DNA of 64,000 nucleotides from Bacteroidota bacterium (lineage in GTDB: Bacteria; Bacteroidota; Bacteroidia; AKYH767-A; OLB10), in the NCBI GenBank assembly GCA_016714005.1, contig JADJOA010000005.1, positions 35,027 to 99,026 on the forward strand, given 5' to 3'. The notes under the pieces are model-generated. The model was not told the origin of the DNA. It worked only from the letters and a program-made list of their open reading frames with translations, and ran no database searches. This document shows, piece after piece, positions 1-11,296 of this stretch. How positions within the stretch are numbered: the first letter of the stretch is position 1; every line of letters begins with the position of its first letter. The position numbers and the translations under genes were made by a program.

Positions 1-345
1 GCCTTACTTTCTAAAAATATTTTCTGTAGGGCTCCTGTCAATTTTGCTGTACTAATTTCGTGAAGTATTAATTGTGTATTACAGCAAATGTCCTGTTCAA
101 ATTCTGGCGCAGCAAAAAAACTATCAATCTGTATATTATTGTCAAAGCTTTGCAAATAGCTTTTGTTATAGGTAAAAGTAACTTTATTGGCAAGTACACT
201 ACCATCTTCGCTATCTGAATCAGCAATAGGAAAAATGTAGCGGAGAGATACCGAATCAGATTGATGGATTAACTGAGCGGTGCCCTTAATGCTGCCTACA
301 ACAGTGGATGAATGAAAGAGCAAGCCTGGTTTTATTTCAAGCATT
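1..345 (-). CDS. Hypothetical protein, partial (5' part; runs off window edge)
   Basis: Reverse-strand ORF starting ATG at ~345 (MLEIKPGLLFHSSTVVGSIKGTAQL...) continues to position 1 without stop; not in supplied ORF track because partial. No recognisable motif. Confidence 0.25.
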
Positions 346-531
346 TTTGTTAGGACTTAATAAGTTGGCTAAAATAAAACTGATTACTGCTCTTCTAATT
401 ATTTCAAAAAATAGTTGTTAACGAAATGTCATTTTAATGAGTAGATAATAATTATAGCCGACTTGCAAAAAATCATCTCTTTTAAGTAGTAATAATAAAA
501 TACTTTAATATTTTTCGCTCCACAAATAGCT

Positions 532-1301
532 ATGGACTATACTGAAGGTACTTTAAAGGCTGAACTGATTTCAATTACAGGTAAAGCAAAAAAACATTTT
601 GCCATCTTAATTATCGCTTTTGTTATACCATTAGTTATATCTGTATTTATTGGGTATAGAGATTTTCCTACCTACAACACCAAAATGCTAATTCGAATGT
701 CATTGCTTAGTGGCAGCGAATTGAGTTACTTTTTTAAAAGCTACCAGGATTTGTTGAATGCTCAGGATTACACAACCATAGAAAAAAAATTCTTTATAAG
801 TGAAAAGCATTCTTCAAAAATTAGACGCATTTGGATTGAAAAACTAAAAGATAAAAGTGATGGTTACATTATAAACTTATCGTGCTGTGATATTGACTGC
901 ATTAAACCTGTTGAGGAAGGAATTGGTTCTTTTATGCGTAATGAATCGGATGCAAACGAAAAAAACAAAATACGAAGGAAAGCACTTATTACACAAATAG
1001 ATTCTGTTAACAGCCAAATTGCAATAATGGATACTTTGGTAAGATCAATAAGAAGCAATAAGGGAATAGCAACTGATATTTATCCTTTTATGCAGCTTCT
1101 GCAACTATGAATTTATTACACTTGTACGATTTAAGAAACGATCTGAAAGAAAAATTGAGTACTACGGTTGGCTACAGCATTATAGATGGTTTTTTAATTC
1201 CTGAAAAACCTCAAACGCAAAGCCTGACAAAATTTGTAATCATAGGATTGATAGTTGGATTAGTTGTTTGTTATTTTTTGCTTAAAGAATTTTTGAGCTA
1301 A
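532..1301 (+). CDS. Wzz-like polysaccharide chain-length determinant protein, split into two ORFs (532-1110 and 1107-1301) overlapping by ATGA
   Basis: N-terminal TM helix (ILIIAFVIPLVISVFIGY), central hydrophilic/coiled region, C-terminal TM (FVIIGLIVGLVVCYFLL) = Wzz topology; sits immediately upstream of an O-antigen-ligase-like gene. Split may be genuine translational coupling or an indel. Confidence 0.35.
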
Positions 1302-3166
1302 TGCCTGAAAATGCTGAGTTAAACCTTACACAAAAGTGCTTTACATTTTTACTGTTTGTTTTAATCCCGGCTTCCTTTTTTCCTATTATATCAGATAATA
1401 CTTTATATCCGCGCTATTTGCTTTGGTCAATAGCATCAATTTTTTTTGTTATTACGGTTAAAGACTATTTGCTTCCGGTTAAACCTTTTGTTATTTCTAC
1501 AAACATTCTTTTATTATTGCTGATTTTATTGTCAGGGTATATTTTTATAACAAGTTTACTTTCCCGAAATGCAGCAGAGTCAATAACAGTGTTTTTGAAA
1601 TTCTTTCTGGTATTAACAACTGTTTTTTCTTTCTATCATTTATTTTTTACTACCTCCAACTTTTTTTCTACTGCAGTAAAATCTATAACTGCACTTTGTT
1701 TTTTGCTAGACGCAATTGCATTATGGCAGGTATTTAACTTTGATATTAATTTGTCAGATTACAATAGTATTATTCTGGTTACCTCACTCAATGGCAACAA
1801 AAATTTATATACCGAATTTTTAGTAATTAGTATTCCGTTTTGCTTTTTGGGTTTAAATAATCATAGTTTATGGTGGCGTTGTTTTTCACTGATCACAAAC
1901 TTTTTATCATTATGTGCAATCGTGTTTCTTCAGTCAAGGGGAGTTTGGGTTGCTTTTTTTGTAATGTTAATTGTATTTTTATTTGTAATCAACTTTAAAA
2001 AGTTTTGCAAATTCCATATAGTTACTGGCAAAATGATTTTCGCCATTTCAATAACCTTAGTTGTGCTTTTCTTATCAGTAAATTTTATAAATAACACTTT
2101 AAGAAATAGTTTGCTGAAGCGGGTTCATTCAATAGTTAATATTACGGAAAACGGATCGGCAAGCGGAAGATTAGTTCTATGGCAGAAGACAATGAATTTG
2201 ATAAAAGAAAATCCCATAGCAGGAATAGGAGGTAACAACTGGAAAATTGAATTTCAGCAATATGGTCAAAGTGAAATTACAAATATATTTAACGTGAGAC
2301 CAATGAATGATTACGTGTTGGCTGCTGCTGAATGGGGAATTCCGGGATTGCTCTTGTATTTATCAGTTTTTATTTATTGCATAATAGCCCTTGTAAAACT
2401 TTTGCAGAGAGAGCATGATGCCAAAGCAAAACAAAATCATATTGCAGTGCTTTGTTCATTGGTTGCTTTCATTGTAGTTTCTTTTTTTAGCTACACCAAC
2501 GAGCGCTCCGAAAACCTTATAATGCTATCTTTTTCTTTGGCTTATGTTGGATATTACATTAGTACTGAAGGAAGCCATACCAACCCTGCATCAAAGGCTA
2601 TAAGGTTAGTTTCTTTAGGAATTTTACTTTTTAGCACTGTGTTTTTCTTTTACAAAATAAAAGGAGAGTATTTCAATTATAAAATTCAAACAGCCAGAAA
2701 ATTTCAAAATCATACTGATGTTATTAACTATGCAGACAAGGCAATAAGTTCTTTTTATAATGTAGATGAAACTGGAACTCCAATAAAATGGTATAGTGGC
2801 GTGTCAAAATTTATTTTGGACAGAAGCGATGCGATTTCAGATTTTGAGTTAGCTTATGCAATTAATCCATATCACATTCATGTGCTGAATAATTATGCTA
2901 CAACTTTAGATAAAATCGGAAGACAGAATGAAGCTATTGATATTTATAAAGAGGCAATAAATATTTCTCCAAAGTTTAACGATGCCATTTTTAATTTAAC
3001 GGTGGTTTACTTTAATATGGGAAATTTTAAAGAAGCTTACGGCACCATCATAAAGTGGCATGGAAGAAAAAATGAAAACGTGTTTTATGTAACAAGTCTT
3101 TTGAAATCTAAACTGGGAATAAAACTTAGTAAAAGCGACAAGAAAACATTGTTACGTCATCAGTAA
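1301..3166 (+). CDS. O-antigen ligase/polymerase family (Wzy_C-like) polytopic membrane protein with C-terminal TPR repeats
   Basis: ~10 hydrophobic helices; loop motif 'IAGIGGNNW...MNDYVLAAAEWGIPGLLLYL' typical of the O-antigen ligase/Wzy_C periplasmic loop; C-terminal ~150 aa shows TPR-like repeats (AYAINPYH..ATTLDKIGRQNEAIDIYKEAINISPKFNDAIFNLTVVYFNMGNFKEA). Confidence 0.55.
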   Translation: MPENAELNLTQKCFTFLLFVLIPASFFPIISDNTLYPRYLLWSIASIFFVITVKDYLLPVKPFVISTNILLLLLILLSGYIFITSLLSRNAAESITVFLKFFLVLTTVFSFYHLFFTTSNFFSTAVKSITALCFLLDAIALWQVFNFDINLSDYNSIILVTSLNGNKNLYTEFLVISIPFCFLGLNNHSLWWRCFSLITNFLSLCAIVFLQSRGVWVAFFVMLIVFLFVINFKKFCKFHIVTGKMIFAISITLVVLFLSVNFINNTLRNSLLKRVHSIVNITENGSASGRLVLWQKTMNLIKENPIAGIGGNNWKIEFQQYGQSEITNIFNVRPMNDYVLAAAEWGIPGLLLYLSVFIYCIIALVKLLQREHDAKAKQNHIAVLCSLVAFIVVSFFSYTNERSENLIMLSFSLAYVGYYISTEGSHTNPASKAIRLVSLGILLFSTVFFFYKIKGEYFNYKIQTARKFQNHTDVINYADKAISSFYNVDETGTPIKWYSGVSKFILDRSDAISDFELAYAINPYHIHVLNNYATTLDKIGRQNEAIDIYKEAINISPKFNDAIFNLTVVYFNMGNFKEAYGTIIKWHGRKNENVFYVTSLLKSKLGIKLSKSDKKTLLRHQ

Positions 3167-4358
3167 ATGGCACCACTGTTCTGTAATTGTTTAGCTTAGC
3201 AATTATACGGTGGTGAAATTTATCAAGCATTTCATCTGATGAGTGACTAGCCAATAAATCAATCAGGTTTTCCATGCCGAACATTTCACCGGTTTTATTT
3301 TCCACATCGGTAATGCCATCTGTGTAACAAAACAAAATTGATTGAGGTGTGATTGAAAAATGCCCTTCATTTAAAAAAGGTAATTCATCAAACATGCCAA
3401 GCCCGGTTGTTCCTTTATCGAGCTGCTGATGATTAACACCATTATAAAACAAAGGAGGATTATGCCCGGCATTTATGTAATTAACCAAATTGTGAGCAAG
3501 GTTTATTTGCGCAATAAAAAAGGTGATAAATTTTTCGCCTTTTGCAATTTTGTTTACACACCGGTTTAACTCATGCACAATTTGCGCCAATGAGGCTTTT
3601 TGATTTACCAATGCATGCATGTTTGCCTGAAAATTTGCCATCAACATGGCAGCAGCCATTCCTTTTCCACTTACATCAGCCATACATAAGATAAACTCCT
3701 CATCACTTACTTTAATAAAGTCGTAATAATCTCCGCCTACATGCTGATGCGGTAAATAAAAAGCATCAACCTGCATGCGTGTGTGTGAATCAAGCGTAGA
3801 GGGGATTAACATTTCCTGTACCTCTGCTGCAAGTTCTAACTCTTTGCGCAAGGCAGCTTGCGCTATACTTTCTTTAGTAAGCCTTTTATTTTCTATCGCA
3901 ACAACAATAATGTTGGTTATGGTGTGAATAAATGGCAACACTTCACGTTTCGAAAAATCTTCACTGCCTTTTATATCTCCAATTAAAGCGTAAGCCAAAA
4001 GTTTATTGTTATGATAAACCGGTATGGCACTTTCATTTTTTTTCAACCATTCGGGGGCTGCAATTTTTTTTTCGTTAAGCGAGTTTAAACTGCCAGAAAA
4101 AACATCTGGATTTATTTCATTGTTTTCATCAAAGCCGAAAGAAAAAATTTTGTGCCAGCTTTCCTCATGTACAAAAAGCAAAGCCTTTCCTACCTGTAAA
4201 TGTTGCTGTAACACATTTTGATAAATGTTATAGAGCTGCGAAGCCTCTAAATTGTAATTAATGGCTTTGGTAATTTGCAACAACCAGTGCAGTTGTAGTT
4301 TTTTACTTTCTAATTCGAATTTACTTTCAATTGTCAATGGTGAATTGTGAATAGGCAA
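3126..4358 (-). CDS. GAF-domain protein serine phosphatase (SpoIIE/PP2C family, RsbU-like)
   Basis: C-terminal half has PP2C/SpoIIE signature (HVGGDYYDF...CMADVSGKGMAAAMLMANF...FCYTDGITD); N-terminal ~170 aa GAF-like. Its 3' end overlaps the convergent gene 1301-3166 by 41 nt. Confidence 0.65.
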   Translation of the reverse strand: MPIHNSPLTIESKFELESKKLQLHWLLQITKAINYNLEASQLYNIYQNVLQQHLQVGKALLFVHEESWHKIFSFGFDENNEINPDVFSGSLNSLNEKKIAAPEWLKKNESAIPVYHNNKLLAYALIGDIKGSEDFSKREVLPFIHTITNIIVVAIENKRLTKESIAQAALRKELELAAEVQEMLIPSTLDSHTRMQVDAFYLPHQHVGGDYYDFIKVSDEEFILCMADVSGKGMAAAMLMANFQANMHALVNQKASLAQIVHELNRCVNKIAKGEKFITFFIAQINLAHNLVNYINAGHNPPLFYNGVNHQQLDKGTTGLGMFDELPFLNEGHFSITPQSILFCYTDGITDVENKTGEMFGMENLIDLLASHSSDEMLDKFHHRIIAKLNNYRTVVPFTDDVTMFSCRFY

Positions 4359-4414
4359 AGGAAGATGGGCTGTGGTCTATGATCTTCTTATTTTGAACTT
4401 GACTTTTTCCTCTT

Positions 4415-5340
4415 TCAACTTTTTTTCCTGACCAAATCCGGCAAATACTTTAATGCTGCAATCTCCTTCATCTTTTCACGGGCTTCTTCTGCGGGTGAGC
4501 CAAAATATATTTTACCGGCTTTTAATGTTTGTCCTACTCCTGATTGTGCGAGCACAACTGCTCCTTTTTCAATAACAATATCGCTGCGCACACCTACCTG
4601 TCCCCACATGGTAACATTATCTTCAATTTTAACCACACCGGCAATACCAACCTGCGCGGCAAATAAGCAATTTTTACCAATAACGGTATCGTGCCCCACA
4701 TGCACATGGTTATCTAACTTGCTGCCTTTACCAATAACAGTGTTGCGACTTACACCTTTATCAATAGTTGACATTGCGCCAATTTCCACATCATCTTCTA
4801 TCACCACGCTTCCGCACGAATGCATTTTATCGTAAAACTCAGGTCTCTTTTTATAATAGAAAGCATCGGCACCTATTACGGTGTTGGCATGTATGATAAC
4901 GTTATCGCCAATGGTGCAGCCATCATACACAACCACTCCAGGATACAGCACACAATTTTTTCCAACAGTAACATCATTGCCCAGAAAAACATTAGGCATT
5001 ATGTTACTCCCCTCACCAACTTTTGCGCTCTTGCTCACCATTTCTTTTGAATAACTATTTGGAGAGAAGTGTTTGGTCAAAAATTATAATCCCTAAAAAG
5101 GATCATCACTAAACAAAAGCGACTTGCCTAAGGGGCATTTCACTTCTTTATTAATTAAAATGGTGGTGGCAGCGCTTGTTAAAGATTTGTCGTAATACTT
5201 TGGGTGATCAACAAAAAGTTAAATCCCCTGCTTCAACCATATGTATTTCGTTAATGCCGGTTACTGCAAAATTTTCATCGCCCGAAAATTTGGCGCTAAT
5301 AAGATTAGCAATTTCTTTAAGCGAATAGGAGCGGGGTAGC
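4415..5340 (-). CDS. lpxD: UDP-3-O-acylglucosamine N-acyltransferase (LpxD), interrupted by frameshift(s) between ~5080 and ~5210
   Basis: ORF 5208-5414(-) carries the LpxD N-terminus (MKLPRSYSLKEIANLISAKFSGDENFAVTGINEIHMVEAGDLTF); ORF 4415-5080(-) carries the hexapeptide-repeat left-handed beta-helix core and C-terminus (IGKNCVLYPGVVVYDGCTIGDNVIIHANTVIG...). The two parts are in different frames. Confidence 0.6.
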
Positions 5341-5576
5341 TTCATTTGTAGTGTTAAGACCTTTAAACAACAATTAAACTTGAAACAATTGTGAACAAAA
5401 GTAAAAATAACCAAATCATATTTGACATTTCTCTTTTACTTACCCTTAAAAATCCTACTTTCGCGACCCATTTTGGAAAACAAGAGATAGGGGATAAAAG
5501 TCAAAGGTCAAAAGATTAGGTAGGCTCAAGACACAAAACTCTGAACTCAAGACACAAAACTCCGAACTCATTTCAC

Positions 5577-7387
5577 ATGAATAACATCAGAAACATTGCC
5601 ATCATTGCCCACGTTGACCACGGAAAAACTACGCTGGTTGACAAAATTCTTCATCAGTCTAAAGTATTCAGAGATAACCAGGAAACCGGTGAACTCATTT
5701 TAGATAATAACGACCTTGAGCGTGAGCGAGGCATTACCATTGTTGCTAAAAACGTTTCGGTAACATACAAAGGCACCAAGATTAATATTATTGATACACC
5801 CAGGACGCAGATTTTGGCGGTGAGGTTGAACGTGTGCTTACAATGGCTGATGGAGTTTTACTTTTGGTTGATGCCTTTGAAGGGCCCATGCCACAAACAC
5901 GTTTCGTTTTACAAAAAGCTATCTCACTTGGTTTAAAACCAATTGTGGTAGTTAATAAAGTTGATAAAGAAAATTGCAGACCTGATGAAGTGCATGAGCA
6001 GGTTTTTGATTTGATGTTTCATCTTGAGGCTACTGAAGAGCAGTTGGATTTTCCTACATTTTACGGTTCTTCAAAACATGGGTGGATGAGCGCTGATTGG
6101 AAAAATCAGACTACAGATATTACCGCATTGCTGGATGGAATTATAGAACACATTCCTGCTGCACCTTATAACGAGGGTACACCACAGTTGCAGATTACAT
6201 CGCTTGATTATTCAAGTTATGTTGGGCGTATAGCCATAGGCAGATTACACCGTGGTGAGTTAAAGGAAAACATGCCTGTTAGTTTGGTAAAGCGCGATGG
6301 CACTATTAAAAAGAACCGCATTAAAGAGCTTTTTGTCTTCGAGGGCTTGGGTAGAAAAAAAGTTGCAGAGGTAAAATCAGGAGATATATGCGCCATTAAC
6401 GGTTTGGAAGATTTTGAAATTGGTGATACTGTTGCCGATTTTGAAAACCCTGAAGGATTAAAACCTATTGCCGTTGACGAGCCTACCATGAGCATGTTGT
6501 TTACCATTAACAACTCTCCGTTTTTTGGTAAGGAAGGTAAGTTTGTAACATCACGCCATTTGCGCGACAGATTATATAAAGAGACAGAAAAGAATCTTGC
6601 ATTGCGTGTTGAAGAAACGGATTCGCCCGATGCATATTTGGTTTATGGCAGGGGCATTTTGCATTTGTCTATTTTGATAGAAACAATGCGCAGAGAAGGA
6701 TATGAGCTACAGGTAGGTCAGCCGCAGGTTATTATTAAAGAGATAGATGGAATGAAGCATGAACCGGTAGAAAATTTAACAGTTGATGTACCCGGTGATG
6801 TTGCTGGTAAAGTAATTGAATTGGTTACTATGCGCAAAGGAGAGCTTTTGGTAATGGAACCAAAAGGAGATTTGCAGCATTTAGAGTTTACTATACCTGC
6901 ACGTGGTATAATTGGTTTGCGCAACAATGTGCTTACCGCTACAGCGGGCGAAGCAATTATGGCGCACCGTTTTAAGGCCTATGAAGCATGGAAAGGCTCC
7001 ATACCCGGGCGTATTGCCGGTGTGTTAATTGCAAAAGAGGCGGGTACTGCCACCGCTTATTCTATTGACAAGTTACAAGAGCGCGGAGCATTTTTTATTG
7101 ACCCGGGTGATGTTATTTACGGAGGGCAACTTATTGGCGAACATATACGCCCTACTGATTTAATTGTAAACCCCTGCGAAGCAAAAAAACTTTCTAACGT
7201 GCGCGCCACAGGCAGTGATGATGCTGCGCGCATTACACCCAAAAGAAATTTTTCCTTGGAAGAAGCCATGGAATACATTGGCAACGATGAGTATTTGGAG
7301 GTAACACCCAAAGCCCTCCGTATGCGCAAAATACACTTAGACGAAAACGTGCGCAAGCGCATGGAGCGTAAGTTGGAGAACGCTTAA
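5577..7387 (+). CDS. typA: Translational GTPase TypA/BipA, with apparent frameshift near 5806
   Basis: N-term '[22 protein letters not shown]...[11 protein letters not shown]...INIIDTP' then frame changes where '[13 protein letters not shown]' is expected (sequence 'cccaggacgcagattttggcggtgagg' reads DFGGEV in the other frame); remainder (5834-7387) matches TypA domains II-V. Confidence 0.85.
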
Positions 7388-7640
7388 AGGGAATTAGAAA
7401 TTATGAGTTATAAATTGCGCCAGCAACTCCAATCTGTGTGATAGCAAGTGTAAGAGCGAGAGGGGTTAGGGGGTGTGTTAAAACAATAGTTGCAAGGTAT
7501 TGTGCGTAAGCTCTGCTGACAGGTTTTGCTCAATTATAAAATGAAGTTTTTATTTCTTTTTTTTTCATTAATGGTTAAAACAGTTTTGTTTAATGAGTTG
7601 ATTAACTATTTAAGTTTGAAGTTCACTAATTAATTTGGTT

Positions 7641-7850
7641 ATGCTCCGTTTCTTCAACCTATTTACAGAAATAATTGGCTGGTTACAGATTGTTGCTTCT
7701 CCTTTTCTTGTAGGTATTGTAATTGGGGCTTTAATTTATTTACAAAATCCTTCTGAAACTCGTCTTATTTTCTCAACCATTATTGTATTAACAGGGTTAA
7801 TTACAGGAATTATTTTTGCAAATAGGTTTGGAGAAAAAAGGGACAATTAA
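7641..7850 (+). CDS. Small membrane protein (2 predicted TM helices), hypothetical
   Basis: ORF with two hydrophobic segments (IIGWLQIVASPFLVGIVIGALIYL; FSTIIVLTGLITGIIFA). No homology recognised. Confidence 0.25.
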   Translation: MLRFFNLFTEIIGWLQIVASPFLVGIVIGALIYLQNPSETRLIFSTIIVLTGLITGIIFANRFGEKRDN

Positions 7851-8103
7851 TTTTTTATCTCGCTTAAGTGCAACTCCTGAGCTGGATAATGAAGAGGAGT
7901 CAGAGAAAACTAAAAATTCTTCAGGATCATCAATGAGCCATTAAGGGTAGTGTAGTTAATTTTCTGTGCAACTCTGTATCTCCAAGTCTCTGTGTTGCTT
8001 TTACTACAACTTAGCCCGATGGCTATCAGACATTAAGGACACTGGGTTTAACTGATAGACCATATGGTAATAGTGTAAAGTACTATCTCAGCAATTTGTA
8101 AAT

Positions 8104-9236
8104 TTGCATTCATTCTCTACAACCATGCTTACATCAGAAACAGTTACAGACACCACCCTCCAGCAAATTGCCGATAAAGTTTACGCCTCTAAAAGAATTA
8201 CGCCCGAAGAAGGCATTTATTTATACCAACATGCCGAGCTGGGTTTTGCTGGTGAACTTGCCAATTTCATAAGAGAAAAAAAGAACGGCAACAACACGTA
8301 CTTCAATCGTAACTATCATATTGAGCCCACCAACGTTTGTATTTTTTCTTGCAAGTTTTGCAGCTACAGCCAGGAGTATAAACATAAAGAGGAAGGATGG
8401 GAGTTAAGCAAGCAGCAAATAATGGATAAGGTGTTGAGCTATACTGATGATGCTGTTACCGAAGTGCACATAGTTGGTGGTGTTCATCCTAAAATGGACA
8501 TAAATTATTTTGCTGATGTATTACGCGAAATAAAAAAGGTTAGACCTAACCTGCACATCAAAGGCTTTACGGCTGTTGAGTTGGATTACATGATTCGTAA
8601 AGCAAAAATGGAGATAAAGAAGGTTTGCAATTTTTAAAGATGCCGGACTTGATTCTATACCCGGTGGTGGTGCCGAAATTTTTGGCGAAACCATCCATAA
8701 ACAAGTTTGTGCTGATAAATGCACCGGTGAGAATGGCTTTTTATACACCAAACTGCGCACAGTATTGGTTTAAAAGTAATGCCACTATGTTGTACGGACA
8801 TATAGAAAATTTTGCGCATCGTATTGACCACATGAACCGGCTGCGTTTGTTGCAGGATAAAACCGGAGGCTTCAATACTTTTATTCCGCTTAAATTTAGA
8901 AACAAGGATAATGACATGAGCCATGTTGCGGAAAGTTCGGTGATTGAAGATTTGCGTAACTATGCCATTGCAAGAATATTTATGGACAACTTTGATCACA
9001 TAAAAGCATACTGGCCCATGATAGGCAGACAAACTGCCCAACTTTCGCAAACCTTTGGTTTGGATGATTTGGACGGAACCATAGATGACTCAACAAAAAT
9101 TTACAGTATGGCAGGTGCCGAAGAACAAACACCTTCTTTAACAACAAACGAGTTAATTGATTTGATAAAGTCGGTTGGAAAAAACCCTGTTGAAAGAGAT
9201 ACTTTGTATGGTGTGATAAAAGATTATAAAAGCTAG
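8104..9236 (+). CDS. Radical-SAM menaquinone (futalosine pathway) enzyme, MqnC/MqnE family, with >=2 apparent frameshifts (~8628, ~8750)
   Basis: CxxxCxxC radical-SAM motif (CIFSCKFCSY), 'VHIVGGVHP' and 'SNATMLYGHIENFAHRIDHMNRLRLLQDKTGGFNTFIPL' typical of MqnC/MqnE. Between the two supplied ORFs the conserved 'DAGLDSIPGGGAEIF...CADK' and 'IHQTAHSIGLK' segments are readable in the other two frames; one shift lies in an A4/A5 homopolymer (ggtttaaaagtaat). Confidence 0.65.
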
Positions 9237-9385
9237 AATTCAAAGCAATTAAGTACGAAGAACAATTGTAAATCATAAAGTCTTTTGCCAAAAAGTGTTA
9301 TTTGAAAATCTCTGAATCTTCAGCCGAATAAGTAATCTTATATTAGTTAATAATATTTAAAAATCCTGATAAACCTTCAGATGCT

Positions 9386-9766
9386 ATGAAAAATCGTATA
9401 GATTATTGTAATGCGGCAATAAGAGAGTTTTCTGATTTGATTTTTGATGAGTTTAATAATGTTTATTTTTTTTCGGTTGGTCCAGAGTACGGAATTGAAC
9501 TTAGGTCAAAAAGCTTAAAAAAGGAAATTAGAATTACATTTTCATACTATGTAAATAATAGCAACTGGATGATTGAGATTTACAACCATAAATCTTTATT
9601 TCCTTTTAACAAAAAAGCAATTAACATTGTATTGAATGAGAGGTATGAGAAAGACGAAGACTTCGTAAAAATTCCTAAGATAATTGACGACAATAATATT
9701 TCTACCGTATTTGGTATGCTATCAGACTTCTTAGTTGATAATGTTAGGATATTAGAAAAACCTTAA
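9386..9766 (+). CDS. Hypothetical protein (orphan, AT-rich)
   Basis: 126-aa ORF in a visibly AT-richer segment (~9240-9800) between two housekeeping genes; no motif recognised. Confidence 0.3.
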   Translation: MKNRIDYCNAAIREFSDLIFDEFNNVYFFSVGPEYGIELRSKSLKKEIRITFSYYVNNSNWMIEIYNHKSLFPFNKKAINIVLNERYEKDEDFVKIPKIIDDNNISTVFGMLSDFLVDNVRILEKP

Positions 9767-9809
9767 AAATCAGGCTATAGTTTTTTCATTCAAAGCATGC
9801 TTCTAGGCC

Positions 9810-11177
9810 TTACATCAACGCCTTTGCAATATCATGCTTGGTAATGATGTAAGTTTTATCCTGTTTAAAATCCTTAATCATTACCGCTTTGTTTTTTTCA
9901 GAAATCATTTTTGATAACGCGCCCACCGAAGTAGTTGCATCTACAAACAAAAATGCTTCTTCCATTATTGTTTCTATGGGTTTGTGTTTTACTTCTTTAC
10001 CGCTTAGCAAGGATTGCAAAATTCTATCTTCACTCACCGAGCCAACAATCCTGCTGCCGTTTGTTACAGGCATTTGCGAAAAATTATTTGCAGTCATAAT
10101 TGAATATGCCTCTGCAATGGTTTTGTTTTGAGCTATCGTAAGCAGCTCAATGTTCTTTCTTGATTCAACCAAATCAAGCGCTGTCATTCCTTTTGCATCT
10201 AAATAGCCTTTGGCAAGCATCCACTCATCATTAAATATTTTGGCAAGGTAGCGCGAACCGTGGTCATGAAAAATAACAACCACTACATCTGTTGGTTTTA
10301 GTTTATCTTTAAGCTGATGCAATCCTGCAATAGCGCTGCCTGCACTGTTACCAACCCATATACCTTCTTTGCGTACAATATTACGCGTCATAACAGCAGC
10401 ATCTTTATCGGTAACTTTTTCAAAATGATCTATCACTTTAAAATCGTAATTCTCAGGAATAAAATCTTCGCCAATGCCTTCGGTTACGTAAGGATAAATT
10501 TCATTCTTATCCATTTTACCTGTTTCATGAAATGTTTTTAATACTGAACCATAGGTATCAATTCCCCATACTTTAATGTTCGGATTTTTTTCTTTCAAAA
10601 ATTTTCCTGTCCCAATAATGGTTCCGCCCGTACCTGCACCAACCAAAAGATGTGTAATTTTTCCATCGGTCTGCTCCCAAATTTCAGGTCCTGTTTGCTC
10701 ATAATGTGCTGGCGGTTACTTAAATTATCATACTGGTTTGCTTTCCACGAATTAGGAATTTCTTTTACCAATCTAGATGAAACAGAATAATAAGAACGTG
10801 GGTCTTCAGGATCAACATTGGTAGGACAAACAATTACATCGGCACCAAAAGCCTTAAGCGCATCTACTTTTTCTTTAGATTGTTTATCGGTAGTGGTAAA
10901 AATACATTTATACCCTTTTATAATGGCAGCAATAGCTAGTCCCATTCCGGTGTTACCGCTGGTTGCCTTCAATAATAGTTCCACCCGGTTTTAATGCTCC
11001 CGTTTTTTCGGCATCCTCAATCATCTTTAGCGCCATACGGTCTTTAATAGAGTTACCCGGATTAAACGTTTCAACCTTGGCAAGAACCGTGGCAGAAATA
11101 CCTTCCACAACTTTATTTAATTTAACCAAAGGAGTGTTGCCAATTGCGTCTAATATATTGTTGCAAATTTTTTTCAT
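9810..11177 (-). CDS. Cystathionine beta-synthase-like protein (PLP-dependent CysK/CBS fold + C-terminal CBS-domain pair), split by 2 apparent frameshifts
   Basis: Three co-linear minus-strand ORFs: N-term '[11 protein letters not shown]...[23 protein letters not shown]' (PLP lysine motif), middle '[45 protein letters not shown]', C-term with cysteine synthase core plus two CBS-type modules. Confidence 0.65.
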
Positions 11178-11296
11178 TAAAGTATTAATAAATATTTGGG
11201 AGGCGAAGATAAAAAATGAATTCGCAAAAACTTTAGAGTAACTATTTTAGGTTTCATCAATAGTTTTATGACTTTAGCCGATAAAATTTAAAGCAA

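Noticed and set aside
4024-5050. Antisense ORFs within the PP2C phosphatase and lpxD genes (4024-4221, 4608-4835, 4820-5050)
   Set aside because: Shorter than and fully overlapped by well-supported genes on the opposite strand; no features of real genes.
7390-8100. Long non-coding stretches flanking the small membrane ORF; searched for tRNA/rRNA-like signatures
   Set aside because: No GGTTCGAATCC-type T-arm or cloverleaf candidates found by eye; nothing supportable.
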